Positions 1-11,950 of a DNA stretch of 64,000 bases are shown here, piece after piece; the stretch's first letter is position 1, and every line of letters begins with the position of its first letter. Below the pieces are notes generated by a model. The model saw only the letters and a list, made by a program, of their open reading frames with translations. It ran no database searches and was not told where the DNA came from. The position numbers were made by a program, and so were the translations under genes. Source of the stretch: Scyliorhinus canicula (taxonomy: Eukaryota); the NCBI RefSeq assembly GCF_902713615.1, contig NC_052172.1, positions 310,001 through 374,000 of the forward strand, in the 5' to 3' direction.

Positions 1-322
1 AGGCCATTCGGCCCATCGAGTCTGCACTGGCTCTTGGAAAGAGCACCATTTCAAGCCCACAACCCCATCCTATCCCCATAACCCAGTAGCCCCACCCAAC
101 ATTAAGGGAAATTTTGGCCACTAAGGGCAATTTAGCATAGCCAGTCCACCTAACCTTCACATCTTTGGACTGTGGGAGGAAACCGGAGCATCCGGAGGAA
201 ACCCACGCACACACTGGCAGAACGTGCAGACTCCGCACAGACAGTGACCCAAGACGGGAATCGAACCTGGGACCTTTGAGCTGTGAAGCAATTGTGCTAA
301 CCAAAATGCTACCGTGCTGCCC
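1..322 (-). mobile_element. HE1-like tRNA-derived SINE (3' end runs off the window)
   Basis: Minus strand begins GGGCAGCACGGTAGC with A box and GGTTCGATTCC B box, followed by the central block GGGTTTCCTCCGG..TCCTCCCACAGTCCAAAGATG and a CR1-type tail GGCCGAATGGCCT. Confidence 0.85.
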
Positions 323-907
323 TATTTATGTTCAGGTTTACCCTCAATGATCTTTCAGTTAATTGAGAACACCCCGGTTGTCTGGAAAACTCCATTTCAA
401 TACTGGCATGAGCACCAAACTGCTCACTCCACTTTTATCACTGAGGAAGCGGCAGCAGTCTACAATGTGAATAAATGTTATTATGTTTGCAGTTGGCTGT
501 AATTTAGACATTCTGCCGGCAACTGAGAGCGTTTTAACCAGCAGCCAGATTAAAGCCGATGGGACTCCAGATTGTAAAAATCTGTGGAGACAGTTTCGGA
601 TCTAAATCCACCTTCTACAGATCCGAAATGTTTCTCTCCACAGATGCTCCCAGACACGCTGAGTTTATCCAGCATTTTCTCTTCAATTCACATTTACAGC
701 ATCCGCATTATTTTGCTTTAATTTATTTTGGGTTTGTTGTCAGTTACAGAGAGAAACCGAAATCCGAAACTGACAGATAAAGGGAAACTGTAGACTAGGG
801 AAAGAGAGAGAATCCAACAATCCTATACTCAAAACTCAATGATTTATTTTTTACGGTCCCGATTCAATTTTATCTGTTTTATATTTTCGCGCCCATTTAA
901 GCTTTGA

Positions 908-1174
<267 letters not shown>

Positions 1175-1211
1175 AACTACACAATGGACTGAAAACCACC
1201 CCAAACACAAC

Positions 1212-1227
1212 GGCTCTTTTAAGAGCC
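1212..1227 (+). terminator. Histone 3' stem-loop (SLBP site) of truncated H2B
   Basis: GGCTCTTTTAAGAGCC followed by ACCCA. Confidence 0.95.
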
Positions 1228-2079
1228 ACCCACAACTTCTGTGAAGCAGCCAAACCATCATATTTTAAATTATGGGTTCATTTCTATGATGATTAACCAG
1301 ATCCGTTTTAATTGTGTTTCACGACAACAACATCCTGTATAATGCCGAGTTATCGTCATGTCGATCTTCGTACGTTGTTTATAAAATCCCATCATTTAGT
1401 GATGCTCGGTCGCCGCTTCATACTCGGCTCTGTCGCTGGATTTGGAGAGAGAATCGAACTCCAATACCTCCCGTAGCATTTGTGTTCAGCCTGACAAATT
1501 ACTCCCTTTCCATTTATGTTCATGTTCACACCCATGATCGAGAGCACCCCGGTGGTGTGGGTAAACTCCATTTCAATACTGACACTAGCTCCAAACTGCT
1601 CACTCCACTTTTAACACTGAGGAAGCGGCAGCAGTCTACAATATGAATAAATGTTACTATGTTTGCAGATGGCTGTGAATTAGACACTGTCGGCGGCTGA
1701 GAACGTTTTAAACAACAGCCAGATTAAACCTGTCGAGTCAGTTCCCCTTCCACAGATCCGAAACGTTTCTCTCCACAGATGATACCAGACACGCTGAGTT
1801 GATCCAGCATTTTCTCTTTAATTCACATTTGCAGCCTCCGCATTATTTTGGTTTAATTTATTTTGGGTTTGTTGTCAGTTACAGAGACAAAATCAGAAAC
1901 TAACAGATAATGGGAAACTAGACGCGGGAAAGAGAGAGAATCCAACAATCTCATACTCAAATGATTTAGTCACATTTTTTATTCAATTTTATTTGGGCGC
2001 CCATTTAAGATTTGAAATAAATATTCGGTTGGAATCTGAACATTTGCCGCCCAAACTTTCCGCCCTCAGCACCGTGGGG

Positions 2080-2200
2080 TCTCCTGATTGGTGCTTCAAA
2101 CAGATATCTGATTGGTCACTTTGTTGCCGGCTCCACAATGTTGTTCAGATAACCAATCAGCATTGTGTGCACCGCCATTCCTCCTGAAGCTATAAGAGAA
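2080..2200 (+). promoter_or_regulatory. H2A promoter: three CCAAT boxes and TATAAG
   Basis: CTGATTGG twice, ACCAATCAG near 2152, TATAAG at 2191. Confidence 0.7.
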
Positions 2201-2204
2201 GTGA

Positions 2205-2642
<438 letters not shown>

Positions 2643-2672
2643 AGCGACCATTCTTTCATCTAATAACCCAAA

Positions 2673-2688
2673 GGCTCTTTTCAGAGCC
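2673..2688 (+). terminator. Histone 3' stem-loop of H2A
   Basis: GGCTCTTTTCAGAGCC; purine-rich GAAAAAGGG downstream element. Confidence 0.95.
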
Positions 2689-3102
2689 ACTCACTTTATC
2701 TGAAAAAGGGCGACCTGTTCTGGATCCGCTTATTGCCGTGTTTGTGAGAATTTCCCTGAGGCTTCAGGCTGGAATGAGCTTTCCCCGGTGTTGTTGGTAT
2801 TTACCGGAGGGCGGCAGTTTCTAGCGGGCTGGCTTTCTGAAACTGTCCATTTATGTGCAATGGGGTGTGCGGAGTTTCATAATTCTTTCCCGCTCTCACT
2901 CTGTGCAGTTACAGGGCTGAATGCGGAGAAAGGTTTTGTGTTTAACTCTGCAGCACGTTCATATCGCCGTGAAAAGAGAAATCAATGACAGGAAACATTT
3001 CCTATTATAATGCGAAATTTTGCCTCTACAATCGCGAAACCATCTCGATGCGTTATTCTGCTGCCATTCTTAGGTCAGTGCTCTCAATGTGAGGGTTTGG
3101 GC

Positions 3103-3118
3103 GGCTCTTAAAAGAGCC
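3103..3118 (-). terminator. Histone 3' stem-loop of H4
   Basis: Minus strand GGCTCTTTTAAGAGCC. Confidence 0.95.
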
Positions 3119-3151
3119 TTTGGGTTTTGTTACATTGCTAAATGGAGTTTC

Positions 3152-3472
<321 letters not shown>

Positions 3473-4180
3473 TCAGTCAAATCGCTGCTGAATGAGAGAC
3501 GAGCTGCTGCACTTTCCTTTATTATACAGCCCGCCCCGACCTGACTGAGAATGAGAGAGAGGCGGGGAGCAGACTGAGTGACAGACAGAGCAGTGAAATG
3601 TCTTTGACCATCCAGCTCCGCCTCCTGCCTGGTCCAACCCACATTTTATATTCCAAACAGAAGTTAACAGAGCGCGCTGAACACGTACAAACTGCAACAT
3701 CATATAGCAGCTAGTTAGTAACGCGGATCTATTAAATCCAGGCATGTCAGTAATATTCCGGCCTCAGTCCACTCCTTTCTAGAACCAGCCGACCTATCTG
3801 CTCCCATTTCAACCCCAGCTCCGATTCCATCCCCACACAACTCCTCTCCCAGACAGGTTGGGAATTTTACTAACATCCCTTCCAGCTGATATAAAGTGTT
3901 TGAGTTGTGAGGCGAGATTTCTCCGCCATGTTAACTATTTTACAAACTCCCCCCTGAATCTGTGAATAATGAAACTAATACAAACTGTGACTGTTCCCCG
4001 GTTAGGAAGATGCAGCAACTTCCCTGTGTTTTAGTGCAGAGTGGGGGGAGAAGCCCGGTGCAGAGCATGTCAGCGAGTGAGCGGCAATACTGGATTGACA
4101 TTTCTATCTGAAATCTGCTCCCAGCACCGGGACAGGGATTCATTGGTCGGGGGATCAGCTCTTTCCGGAGAGATGTGGGT

Positions 4181-4196
4181 GGCTCTGAGAAGAGCC
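4181..4196 (-). terminator. Histone 3' stem-loop of broken H1 (UCUC loop)
   Basis: Minus strand GGCTCTTCTCAGAGCC-ACCCA, then GGAAAGAGCTG downstream element. Confidence 0.93.
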
Positions 4197-4232
4197 TTTG
4201 TGTTCAGAGGTTTACAATTTGCTCGGGTTCTT

Positions 4233-4500
4233 TCACTTCTTTGCTGGTTTCTTAGCCTTTGCTGATTTCGCTTTGGGATTGCCCCTCGATTTGGTCTGCT
4301 TTATTCCGCCCTTGATCTTTTTCACAGGAAAACTTTTCTTCGGGGCTGCTTTCTTCGCGCTCTTTTTGGGAGCTGCCGCCTTCTTGGCTGCTGCTTTCTT
4401 GGGAGATTTCTTGGCTGCGGGTTTCTTGGGAGATTTCTTGGCTGCTGCTTTCTTCACTAAAGGTTTCTTGCCTGCTCCGGTCTTTATCACTTTCCCCCGG
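4233..4500 (-). pseudogene. H1: Histone H1 C-terminal tail only (globular domain and promoter lost)
   Basis: K/A/P-rich tail with KKSPKK motifs; 3' UTR closely matches that of intact H1 at 47266. Confidence 0.9.
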
Positions 4501-5146
4501 TTGTTTAGTCCTTGCCACAACCGCCGAGGGTCTATCTGTGACTCTAGCTTAGTTTGATATTCTCTCTTGGCATCTCGGATGGCTTTGCGGAGGTCGTACC
4601 TGGATTTCTTGTATAGGACAGCGTCGTCTGCCTTGAACGCCTCAGATCCGTCCTTCAGTAGGGAGTCAATCTTGCGGTTGATCCATGGTTTCCGGTTGGG
4701 GAAAATTCGTACTGCTTTCTTTGGCACGCAGTCGTCCACACATTTGCTGATGAAGTCTGTGACGGTGGTGACATACTCATTTAAGTTAGTCGCTGAGTTC
4801 TTAAATATGGACCAGTCTACTGTCTCCAAGCAGTCACGTAAGAACTCTTCTGTCTCCTCGGACCAGCACTGCACAACCTTCTTAGCTGGATTCTCCCGCT
4901 TGAGTTTCTGCTTGTAAGCCGGGAGAAGGAGCACAGTCTTATGGTCTGATTTCCCAAAGTGCGGTCGGGGGATGGAACGGTAGGCGCCCTTGATTTTTGA
5001 GTAGCAGTGGTCAAGAATGTTGTCGCCCCTGGAGGGACAGGAGATGTGCTGGTGGAATTTTGGCAGTACACTCTTGAGGTTGGCTTTGTTGAAGTCTCCG
5101 TCCACAATGAACAAGGCCGCCGGCTGTTCTGTTTCATAGTTGTTGT
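4501..5146 (-). mobile_element. Rex1/Babar-like LINE internal fragment (C-terminal APE endonuclease and linker)
   Basis: Open frame with GDFNKANL, TLDHCY-like ILDHCY, PRPHFGKSDH, FPNRKPW, LWQGL motifs; no 5' end and no 3' tail. Confidence 0.8.
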
Positions 5147-5247
5147 TCTATAAAGAGTTAATATATAGAGTCTATATAGAGTTAGTCTATAAAAGAGCAG
5201 TTGTCTGGCAATTCTCAGTTATTGTGTGTCTGCAGTTTGTTCTCACC

Positions 5248-5625
<378 letters not shown>

Positions 5626-6159
5626 AACTGTTCTCAAACTCCTCCAAAACCCAATGGCTCTTTTAATAAGCCACCCACAACTTCTTGAAAACAGCCAAAC
5701 CATCATACTTTAAACTATTTAGTTTATTTCGATTATGACTAGCCAAGTCCATTCAAATACGGTTTTACAGGAACGTAACATCCTGGGTGATGTCCAGTTA
5801 TAGCCCAGTGAATCTTTGTGCCTTGATAATAAGCCCCGTCATTTAGTGCCCGCTCGGTGTTCAGGATTCGAAGGTAATTCCCTTCCGATTTACGTTGAGA
5901 GCACAGTAGTGCTGTGGGGAAACTCCATTTCAATACTGACACTAGCTCCAAACAGCTCACTCCACTTTTAGCACTAGTCTACAATATGGATCTTTATTAT
6001 AATATTTTGAAGCTGGCTGTAAATTAAACATTGTCTGCGATTGATAGCATTTTAAACAGCAGCTAGATTAAACTCGATTCAAATCCAAATTGGAAAAATC
6101 CGTGGTAACAGTTTCTGATTGGTCACTTTGTAGCCGGCTCCACAATGTTATTCAGATAA

Positions 6160-6635
6160 TCAGAGTGAGTAAATACCACATTCTCACACTATTGGAGCTA
6201 CAGTAAATCCCACACTCACACTGTATCAGATAGTGAGTAAATCCCACGCTCACACTGTATTAGAGAGTGCGTAAATCTCACGCGCACGCACTGCATCAGA
6301 GAGTGAGTAAATCCCACGCTCACACTGTATTAGAGAGTGAGTAAATCTCACACGCACGCACTGCATCAGAGAGTGAGTAAATCCCACACTCACACACTGT
6401 ATCAGAGAGTGAGTAAATCCCACACTCACACTGCATCAGAGAGTGAGTAAATCCCACACTCACACACTGTATCAGAGAGTGAGTAAATCCCACACTCACA
6501 CTGTAGCAGAGAGTGAGTAAATCCCACACTCACACACTGTATCAGAGAGTGAGTAAATCCCACAGACACATTGCATCAGAGAGTGAGTAAATCCCACAGA
6601 CACATTGTATCGGAGTGAGTAAATCTCACACACCC
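6160..6635. repeat. 34-36 bp minisatellite TCAGAGAGTGAGTAAATCCCACACTCACACACTGTA
   Basis: About 13 tandem units. Confidence 0.92.
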
Positions 6636-6824
6636 ACATATCACAAGACACTCCCAGTTCCTGAAGGAATCCCACACTTCCGCACAGACGCTCTGTGGTG
6701 AAGGGTCCCTCTCACCGACAGCCAGGTGACATTTCCCTGTGAATCTTTATCCACTAACAAACTGGGACTGGAGACATTCTCTCTCAAATGTATTTCTTGT
6801 TTGTAATATGATTGTAATATGAGG

Positions 6825-6985
6825 TTTATGATTGGTGGAAAATCCTAAATCTAATTGGTCTGTTCACATATCCAATCAAATAAACAGAACATAACTGGCT
6901 GTCCTCATTTTCACAATGTCCAATCACAATCATTCCTTTCCCCATTCCTCATTAGCATAGATGTGAGGCTCTGTCTATTTAATCA
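6825..6985 (+). promoter_or_regulatory. H2B promoter: CCAAT boxes, octamer-like ATTAGCAT (6951-6958), TATTTAA (6976-6982)
   Basis: Motifs read directly; same layout at 21236 and 52920(-). Confidence 0.75.
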
Positions 6986-7027
6986 GCGCTCGGAAGGGGT
7001 TTGCTTTATTTCTGGGTGAAACTGAAG

Positions 7028-7414
7028 ATGGCTGACGAGAAGAAACCAACATCGAAACCAGCTGCCAAGAAGGGAGCCAAGAAAGTCATTAAGAAACCGG
7101 CAGTAAAGGGCGGCAAGAAGCGGCGAAAGTCGAGGAAGGAGAGTTACTCCATCTACATCTACAAAGTGATGAAGCAGGTTCACCCCGACACCGGCATCTC
7201 CTCCAAGGCCATGAGCATCATGAACTCGTTCGTCAGCGATATTTTCGAGCGTATCGCGGGTGAGGCTTCCCGCCTGGCCCATTACAACAAGCGCCACACC
7301 ATCAGCTCCCGGGAGATCCAGACCGCCGTGCGCCTGCTGCTGCCCGGGGAACTGGCCAAGCACGCCGTGTCGGAAGGGACAAAGGCGGTCACCAAGTACA
7401 CCAGCTCCAAGTAA
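7028..7414 (+). CDS. H2B: Histone H2B, 128 aa (MADEKK N-terminus; KRHTISS variant)
   Basis: Full ORF from ATG 7028 to KYTSSK-stop; stem-loop at 7452-7467. Confidence 0.96.
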   Translation: MADEKKPTSKPAAKKGAKKVIKKPAVKGGKKRRKSRKESYSIYIYKVMKQVHPDTGISSKAMSIMNSFVSDIFERIAGEASRLAHYNKRHTISSREIQTAVRLLLPGELAKHAVSEGTKAVTKYTSSK

Positions 7415-7451
7415 AACTGCACAATGGACTGAAAACCACCCTAAATACAAC

Positions 7452-7467
7452 GGCTCTTTTAAGAGCC
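7452..7467 (+). terminator. Histone 3' stem-loop of H2B
   Basis: GGCTCTTTTAAGAGCC-ACCCA. Confidence 0.95.
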
Positions 7468-8440
7468 ACCCACAACTTCTGTGAAGCAGCCAAACCATCA
7501 TATTTTAAATTATGGGTTCATTTCTATGATGATTAACCAGATCCGTTTTAATAGCGTTTCACTACAACAACATCCTGTATAATGCCGAGTTATCGTCATG
7601 TCGATCTTTGTACGTTGTTTATAAAGTTCCATCATTTAGTGATGCTCGGTGACCGCTTCATACTCGGCCGCTGTTGCTGGATTTGGAGAGAGAACAGAAC
7701 TCCAATACCTCCTGTAGCATTTGTGTTCAGCCTTATAAATTACTCCGTTTCCATTTATGTTCATGTTCACACTCAATGATCGAGAGCACCCCGGTGGTGT
7801 GGGTAAACTCCATTTCAATACTGACACTAGCTCCAAACTGATCACTCCACTTTTAACACCGAGAAAGCGACAGCAGTCTACAATATGAATAAATGTTATT
7901 ATGTTTGCAGATGGCTGTCGGCGGCTGAGAGCATTTTAAACAACAGCCAGATTAAACCTGTGGCGACAGTTCCCCTTCTACAGATCCTAAACGTTTCTCG
8001 CCACAGATGCTCCCAGACACGCTGAGTTGATCCAGCATTTTCTCTTCAATTCACATTTGCAGCCTCCGCATTATTTTGGTTTAATTTATTTTGGGTTTGT
8101 TGTCAGTTACAGAGACAAATCAGAAACTGACAGATAATGGAAAACTAGACGCGGGAAATAGAGAGAATCCAATAATCTTATACTCAAATGATTTAGTCAC
8201 ATTTTTTATTCAATTTTATCTGTTTTATATTTTCGCGCCCATTTAAGATTTGAAATAAATATTCGGTTGGAATCTGAACATTTGCCGCCCAAACTTTCCG
8301 CCCTCAGCACCGTGGGTTCTCCTGATTGGTGCTTCAAACAGATATCTGATTGGTCACTTTGTAGCCGGCACCACAATGTTGTTCAGATAACCAATCAGCA
8401 ATGTGTGCACCGCCATTCCTCCTGAAGCTATAAGAGAAGT

Positions 8441-8645
8441 AGTAAGAAGTCTTACAACACCAGGTTAAAGTCCAACAGGTTTGTTTCAAACACGAGCTTT
8501 CGGAGCACGGCTCCTTCTTCAGGTGCACCTGAAGAAGGAGCCGTGCTCCGAAAGCTCGTGTTTGAAACAAACCTGTTGGACTTTAACCTGGTGTTGTAAG
8601 ACTTCTTACTGTGCTCACCCCAGTCCAACGCCGGCATCTCCACAT
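8441..8645 (+). mobile_element. Penelope-type fold-back insertion: perfect 170-bp palindrome plus 35-bp tail; 12-bp TSD
   Basis: 8441-8525 is the exact reverse complement of 8526-8610; TATAAGAGAAGT at 8429-8440 and 8646-8657. Confidence 0.85.
8526..8560 (+). ncRNA. Minimal type I hammerhead ribozyme motif (mirror copy on the minus strand at 8491-8525)
   Basis: CAC-CTGAAGA-A-GGAGC(CGT)GCTCC-GAAA-GC-TC-GTG: core CUGANGA/GAAA/UH, 5-bp helix II, 3-bp helix I, palindromic AGCT helix III. Confidence 0.7.
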
Positions 8646-8710
8646 TATAAGAGAAGTGAATGTGGGCGGTTTTCCTCATTCTGTGTGAAAGTGTTTGTGA
8701 GATTGTGACA

Positions 8711-8807
8711 ATGTCTGGAAGAGGAAAGACCGGCGGTAAAGTTCGGGCCAAGGCCAAGTCTCGCTCCTCCCGGGCTGGACTGCAGTTCCCGGTGGGCCGT
8801 GTTCACA
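8711..8807 (+). pseudogene. H2A: 3'-truncated histone H2A (first ~32 codons)
   Basis: [32 protein letters not shown], then unrelated SINE sequence. Confidence 0.9.
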
Positions 8808-8821
8808 ATCAGCAACATGAT

Positions 8822-9090
8822 GGGCTGCACAGTGGTCATCACTACTGCCTCACAGCGCCAGGGACCCGGGTTCACTCTGACCCTGACATTCTGTGTGTCT
8901 GTGGGTTTCCTCACACGGTAAAGATTCGCAGGTTAGGTGGATTGGCTGTGCTAAATTAACCGTTTGTGTCTAAAGGTGTGGATGATAGGTGGAGTTGCGA
9001 GGGATTGGGCCTGGGTAGGTTTGCTCTTTGAGAGAGTTGCTGTAGACTCGATGGACTGAATGGCCTCCTTCTGCACTGTAGTAATTATAT
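8822..9090 (+). mobile_element. Degenerate HE1-like SINE
   Basis: GCCTCACAGCGCCAGGGACCCGGGTTC head; GGTTAGGTGGATTGGC; AATGGCCTCCTTCTGCACTGT tail. Confidence 0.7.
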
Positions 9091-9227
9091 GGGAAGGATT
9101 TCCGTGTTGCTAGACGTGGCGCAGGTCTGGCCCATTACCCAGTCCTGTGCGCAGCAGTCACCCGAGCCATCATCAAGTTCATCTGGAGATCACAGTTCAG
9201 GTCACCACACTACCAGAAAGATGTGGT

Positions 9228-9635
9228 ACTGCACAGACAGTGACCCAAGCCGGGAATCGAACCTGGGATCCTGGAGCTGTGAAGCAATTGTGCGAACCAC
9301 AATGCTACCGTGCTGCCCGAGAGGGGCTGGTAACTGAGTAAAGTACCTAGGCGCAGCGCCAGGGTCCCAGGCTCGATTCCCCGCTGGGTCACTGACTGTG
9401 CAGGGTCTGCATATTCTCCCCGTGTCTGCGTGGGTTTCCTCTGGGTGCTCCGGTTTCCTGCCACAGTCTAAAGACAGGCAACGCAGCTGGATTGCTATGC
9501 TAAATTGCCCTTAGAGCTCAAAAATGTTAGGAGAGGTTATTGGGTTAAGGGGATAAGGTTGAAGTGAGAGCTTCAGGGGGTCGATGCAGACTCAGTGGGC
9601 CGAATGGCCTCCTTCTGAACTGTATGTTCTCTGTT
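9228..9635. mobile_element. Two HE1-like SINE pieces (5' part on minus ~9228-9318; plus-strand copy ~9350-9635)
   Basis: Same head, body and tail motifs as 1-322. Confidence 0.7.
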
Positions 9636-9674
9636 AAAGATATTATACAGATATTAAACAGACCGGGGTGTGCG

Positions 9675-9845
9675 ATGAATGAAAATGAAAGTCACAAGTA
9701 GGCTTCAAATGAAGTTACTGTGAAAAGCCCCGGTCACTACATTCCAGCACCTGTTTGGGGAGGCTGATACGGAATTGAACCGTGCTGTTGGACTGCCTTG
9801 GTCTGCTTTAAAAGCCAGCTCTTTAGCCCTGTGCCGAACCAGCCG
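9675..9845 (-). mobile_element. Second tRNA-derived SINE family with (CATTT)-type tail
   Basis: Minus strand GCACAGGGCTAAAG..CACGGTTCAATTCC..GGGGCTTTTCACAGTAACTTCATTTGAAGCCTAC; related copies at 20780, 25017, 49617, 61079. Confidence 0.7.
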
Positions 9846-9889
9846 CTGATTAATACTAAAAAGGATCTGGTAACTTTGTAAACCCCCCC

Positions 9890-10332
9890 AAGGAGGTTCA
9901 CAAGATTGATCCCTGGAATGAAGCACTTGTCATGTGAAGAACGTTTGGGAACTCTGGGTCTGTACTCGTTGGAGTTTAGAAGAACGAGGGGGGATCTTAT
10001 TGAAACTTCCAGGATACTGCGAGGTCTGAATAGAGTGGACATGGAGAGGATGTCTCCACTTGGAGGAAAAACAAGAACCAGAGGACAACATCCATCACCT
10101 CAGACTAAAGGGGCAATCATTTAAAACAGAGATGAGGAGGAACCTCTTCAGCCAGAGGGTGGTGAATTTGTGGATGCCAAATCACGGAGTGTTTTTAAGA
10201 CCGAGATAGATAGAGTCTTGATTAATAAGGGGCTCAGGGGTTATGGGGAGAAAGCAGGAGAATGGGGATGAGAAAATATCAGCCATGATTTGATGGCCGA
10301 GTGGCCTAATTCTGCACCTGTGCCTTATGGTC
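9890..10332 (+). mobile_element. CR1 LINE 3' fragment
   Basis: ERLGTLGLYSLEFRRTRGDLIET motif; GGCCGAGTGGCCT tail. Confidence 0.8.
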
Positions 10333-10783
10333 TGTATGATGAACACTCTAGAGGGGCTGGTAACTGTGGAAAAATACCCAGTCTGTGTGATTAACACTGA
10401 AGAGGGGCTGGTAACTTGAGTAAAACCTCCCGGTCTGTATGATTAACACTAAAGAGGGGCTGGTAACTGTGTAAAACCCCGCGGCCGATGTGATTAACAC
10501 TAAATGTTTAAAATTATTGAAGCTTCACAGGGTGGAACATGACCGATGTAAATATTTTGAGAAGAATTGTAATGTGAATATTGAAATGTGTGTAATGTTC
10601 TCATTCTCCAATGGAAGAAATTCAAGTAAATCTGGACCTCTGGAGAAAATGTAAATATTATTGTACGATACGATATTATTGTGATGACAATTTGAAATGT
10701 TTGACAATGTTTGTTTCAAGGGATTTTATAAATGTAGTATATTTTTGAAAATATATTGTATGCTTCTATGAAAAATGAATTTA

Positions 10784-11311
10784 TAGAACATAGAACAGTA
10801 CAGCACAGAACAGGCCCTTCGGCCCTCGATGTTGTGCCGAGCAATGATCACCCTACTTAAACCCACGTAACCCGTATACCCGTAACCCAACAATCCCCCC
10901 ATTAACCTTACACTACAGGCAATTTAGCATGGCCAATCCACCTAACCCGCACATCTTTGGACTGTGGGAGGAAACCGGAGCACCCAGAGGAAACCCACGC
11001 ACACACGGGGAGGACGTGCAGACTCCACACAGACAGTGACCCAGCCGGGAATCGAACCTGGGACCCTGGAGCTGTGAAGCATTGATGCTAACCACCATGC
11101 TACCGTGAGGCCCCTTAACATTTTTTTTTGCCAATCCACCTAACCCGCACATCTTTGGACTGTGGGAGGAAACTGGAGCACCCGGAGGAAACCCACGCAC
11201 ACACGGGGAGGACGTGCAGACTCCACACAGACAGTGACCCAGCCGGGAATCGAACCTGGGACCCTGGAGCTGTGAAGCATTGATGCTAACCACCATGCTA
11301 CCGTGAGGCCC
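10784..11311 (-). mobile_element. Young HE1-like SINE with tandemly duplicated 5' half
   Basis: (TAGAACA)n tail at 10784; 10932-11113 repeated almost identically at 11130-11311. Confidence 0.85.
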
Positions 11312-11399
11312 ACGGTAGTCAGTGAAATGTAAGTTTGCAGAAAGTGTGAGTTTGAGGGGCTGAATGGCAGTGTAATAACAAACAAGCTGCAGGCAATGG

Positions 11400-11950
11400 C
11401 TGCAGATTGAATATCTGATTGGGACAAACACACAGCTACAAATGTGATTGGTTGAGCCCTGGGGCGCAGGGCCACTTGCACCCACACACACACAGTCCCC
11501 CCAACACGGGCTCTATCGGAGGTTTTGCTCCAAATGTAATGACAGTGAAATGGGGAATATTCCCATTGATTCTCAATGCGGAATTGGTGCGGGGATCTGC
11601 GCATGTCCGGGGTAGCCCCACCCCTGCCGGTCGTCATTCTGCGATTGAGAGCGCATGCGCATCCCCTCCCCCACACACTCTCCTTTTGCTCAGTGAGTGG
11701 AGACGCTTTGTTCAAACTGAGTGAAATGTCAGGGCCCAGGTCAGCAAGGAAACAGCGTTCTCATTGCAGCAGCTCATCCATTTGGGAGTGTGAGCAAAGA
11801 GGCTCAGAGATCATTACTGACTCGGGGGGAGTTCAGGGAGAATCGGGGGCTGTTTGCAAGAGGCGCAGCGGGAGCCCCATCTTGTTCCGGGACTTGGAGT
11901 GAGCGGGGGGAAGGGAGAGCTCTTTCTGGGCCTGGCTTATTGTCTGATTC
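11400..11950. promoter_or_regulatory. GC-rich promoter-like region with CCAAT boxes and an NRF1 site
   Basis: CTGATTGG near 11415, TGATTGGTT near 11445, GCGCATGCGCA at 11651-11661; CpG-rich relative to flanks; no gene identified. Confidence 0.4.

Noticed and set aside
1-322. SINE heads as tRNA genes (also 30349-30410)
   Set aside because: A and B boxes are present but there is no full cloverleaf, and the sequence matches the SINE head.
6160-6635. CRISPR-like 36-bp periodicity (also 20000, 53222 and the composite satellite)
   Set aside because: Eukaryotic DNA, no unique spacers, no cas genes; ordinary tandem repeats.
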